DNA from: Phoronis australis
Taxonomy: Eukaryota; Animalia; Phoronida
DNA: 64,000 bases
Direction of reading: 5' to 3'
Assembly: GCA_002633005.1 (NCBI GenBank)
Contig: NMRA01000335.1
Location: 248,001 to 312,000, forward strand
Made by a program: the position numbers and the translations under genes. How positions within the stretch are numbered: position 1 is the stretch's first letter; each line of letters begins with the position of its first letter. The notes under the pieces are model-generated. The model saw nothing but the letters and a program-made list of their open reading frames with translations. It did no database searches and had not been told where the DNA came from. Shown here piece by piece: positions 60,801-64,000 of this stretch.

Positions 60801-62542
60801 GCTTGTTTCAACTCATAGTGTTCCCCCGGTTTGGCAGTGAGATAGACTACATTACTGTGGCTATATATATGTGGACAATACAATACTTTCTTGAGCCCAC
60901 AGTTAAATTAAAGCGTGCGAGCGATTTAAAATGAAAATACTAGCCACTGGAATATCGATCGCTAAGGCATTGCATTTGTATTGTAGATCTGGGAAAGCGT
61001 GGAGCTTTACTGACATATTGGTTTGTTGCTCGTGTAACATAGACAAATGGGCAAGAACAGTGTAGCCAACTAACTGAACACCATATTAACCTCGCCTGTC
61101 TGAACACACAAGTGCACGATCTCTCAGCTATTACTTATTCGTACACATGCCAGAGGGACTTGTCGTATAACTGCAGGGCTTAACACTGCGCGTAATGTCA
61201 AACTACAGATTAAATGTGGTCGAACCACGAGCACATTAACATTTACATACCTTTGCCATCCTCCTAAGCTTTAATAACGAACCGGACGTGATAGCTATCT
61301 GTTTGTTTGAAGACAGAAGATCAGCGAGTAGAACATCCAACGATGGCAGGCTGCCGGGGTGGCAACTGCACTGCGAGTGTGGAGGAATATTGATCGACCA
61401 GTTTGCAAAATGGCTCGTGTTTCAAATGAAGGCACGCTTAAGATTCACGCCTCAATTGTCGATCGATATACAGTAAATGGGTCTCGGATATCTTTTTAGG
61501 AAAAACAATAAAAAGGACGGGGCTCATTTCGCTTGCGGTATAGATCAACGAAGGCCGAGTAGTACGCAGCACTGCGGGATATTGGGCGGTCGATAGAAAA
61601 ACTTCGTTGAACACACAAACGTGTACATTTGTCACATCGGCGACTTTCTTTTTTTGAGAGTGCTGCACACTTTTAGTTAAATCTAAAAATTGACTTAGTG
61701 ATTCAAATTCAGACGCTTGGCGAGTCAGTAAATGTCAGCACAGGCCGTAACAGGGTTCATCGCACGTGACGAAGTGTAATGGGCACTTTGACTGACTTAT
61801 TTGTCGTCTACACTTCATTATATTTGTTATAATTACAGCTCAATCTAGCTGTACTGAAGACAGCACGGGACTTTTTCTCCACTGCTATCTTTATCGAAAC
61901 ACTCGTTAACTCTTTGAATCGCGAAAGTAACTCCATCGATAGATTAACTAACTCTATAGAAATAACAATTCCATCGATAGAGATACGGGACTTGCGTCGT
62001 GCTGACCTTTTACAGCCACCGCAATGTATATGTATCAAAATAATTCTTAATCTCAAATGTTTTTTGAATTATATCAAAAATGAAATTCATTGTGTTTTCT
62101 TTTGCTGAATTGTGTGGACATAGCACCAAGAAGAGCGGGAGTATTATTTTGAGCAAGACGCCAATAGGTGACGCTAAAAATCGGCAGGAGTGCGTATCCT
62201 GCGGTTGACTCAATGCTTCCCTCGTTTCATAATCGCCTTATTAAAAATACATGAATAAATGAAAGTATTAAACGTTACACCCCCTAAACAAGGACTAAAA
62301 CAACGGTTTTCAAAGCTTTGCACACATGTCCATTGCATTAAAACTTCATTTATAGATGTAGACAAAACATGTTTTGCGCGTTTTGCATCAAATTTGCGGT
62401 ATTGTTTTTTTTTCTTCTAATTTTATGATTTCTTCTCAACGTGTACTACGTAAAGCAGCGTCCGATGTTGACATGGGCAATGTGTCCAAGTCGTGGACCA
62501 AGTTAACTTGGTCGGGTGACTTACTTGGTCTGCGACATCAAC

Positions 62543-62859
62543 CATTGGCGGATCTAGGATACCATAAGGGGGGGCCCAAGATGTTGCCTCGGAGAATTGG
62601 GCAAAGCGCCATTGTACGCACAGGCGGCCCGAAAAGTTGCGGGGGCTGGCGATGTGGACGTGTACCCAAATTCTATCGGAGGACTAAAAAAAAGGGAACA
62701 CGGTTCCGCCGCGTTCTGCCCCCCACCCCCCACTTCAAATTGGTGCACTCGATATTCCTTCACGCTGCCGCTGTTTAATTTTCCCTGAACCAGCCAATGG
62801 GGGGGGGGGAGACGGGCCCCCTGCCCCTCCCCCCTAAATCCACCCTAAATCCGCCTATG
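62543..62859. mobile_element. MITE with TIRs CATTGGCGGATCTAGG / CCTAAATCCGCCTATG and 5-bp TSD (TCAAC)
   Basis: tcaac at 62538-62542 and 62860-62864; GC-rich interior with G/C runs. Related termini occur at 21402-21412 and about 22823-22839. Confidence 0.78.
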
Positions 62860-64000
62860 TCAACATACAGAAATGAGCAGTACATCACATGGATACTCAG
62901 GCTGGATGGGCCATAGAAATTACTCGACAGAAAACAAAGCAACTTGACAGACACATATCTGAAATCTTTTGTTGTGCAAACGTAAATTTAACCAAAATGA
63001 ACAGTTATTCAGTAAAGAGACAACTTAATAAACTAAGAGACAACAAGACCAATTTGAAAACCATATCATTCCTGGCTGGCACCAACACAGGGCCCGAGTG
63101 ATTTTTGAGCGATGACAGGCATACCAATAGACCAAAACAAACCAAACAAATGAACAATTATGACACAATTAGAGTATTGTAGTACTGCACAAGTTTGATG
63201 AAAATGCAGACGAATCTGGCCTATATAGATGACTTTACGTCCGAATAACCGAGGAACTTATTTCTATGTTATTAGTGAAATGAACATTTTCCCATAGCCA
63301 AATTGTTTTCATTTATAGAAAGCTCTTTAGAAACTTCAGAGTTCAGATTTTTTGCAGAGAAATGTTGCTTTTCAGATTTTAGGTGTGTTCCCTGCAACAG
63401 AATCTAAAATAAAAGAGTAGGAAACAACCAGATGACCACCTGAGATTGCCAATTTTAAGGCCAGGGGATACTTTGATTTGCAAACAAAAGTACGATTTTA
63501 TAGTTGATCAAGAGGGAGGATATAATTCTTTGGGAGTTTGCCATCATTCCTGTCATCATAGCGTGGACCTCGTTTTGCTTAACTTTTTTGCCATCATCTG
63601 ATCCACTTCTCTGTGTGTGATACAATCTCCTTGAGAAAGAATTAAGTTTCACGTACCGGTAGGCAAACTGTTGTTTACAGCTATTTTTACTTTTTGTTGT
63701 CTTCAATCCATTAACTACAGAAAATAAATCAAATACACTGGGTGATGTCGAAGAGGCACTAACAAAACACAAATGAATTTCCAATTAGTGATTGCACGCT
63801 CAGTTCATGTTAAGTAAACTTAGTTGAGGAGCATTTATTTATAGGTACCCTGAGTACATGCATAGCTATTTTCTCTTCTCTTAATGACGAAGCTTTAATG
63901 TGTTGGAGGGGTGTTTTGGTGCTGTCTTGGGACTGAAGCTAATCTATTTCTCCTGGTTTTATCTCGACTGTCACGTATGGATCAATCTCAGTCCCTAGCT

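Overview
Eukaryotic (animal) genomic DNA. It is AT-rich, has GT-AG spliced genes, two N-gaps and two haplotype-overlap artefacts; the repeat content suggests a marine invertebrate (inference). I rebuilt three spliced genes by hand, checking splice phases. (1) A 21-coding-exon adhesion GPCR on the minus strand (55622->34745, about 1069 aa): signal peptide, EGF-like, pentraxin/LamG, hormone-receptor motif, GAIN with a degenerate GPS lacking the HL|T/S site, 7TM, and a C-terminal PDZ motif (QTAV). (2) A convergent plus-strand gene (25389->about 31174, about 200 aa) for a small type-I membrane protein with one 8-Cys domain spaced like TACI/BCMA/Grindelwald TNF receptors. (3) The 5' part of a minus-strand signal-peptide + CUB-domain gene (14508-><1) with a 13-kb first intron. 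Introns and intergenic DNA carry decayed transposons: two Penelope GIY-YIG remnants, Academ-like and DUF6589-type remnants, MITEs and tRNA-derived SINE heads. The most notable non-coding feature is a TSD-flanked, about 290-bp foldback Penelope-type mini-element in the GPCR's GPS intron. One arm keeps an intact-looking minimal type I hammerhead ribozyme (U3-A8 variant) in the sense orientation of the host pre-mRNA. Most short ORFs in the supplied track are spurious or are exon fragments.
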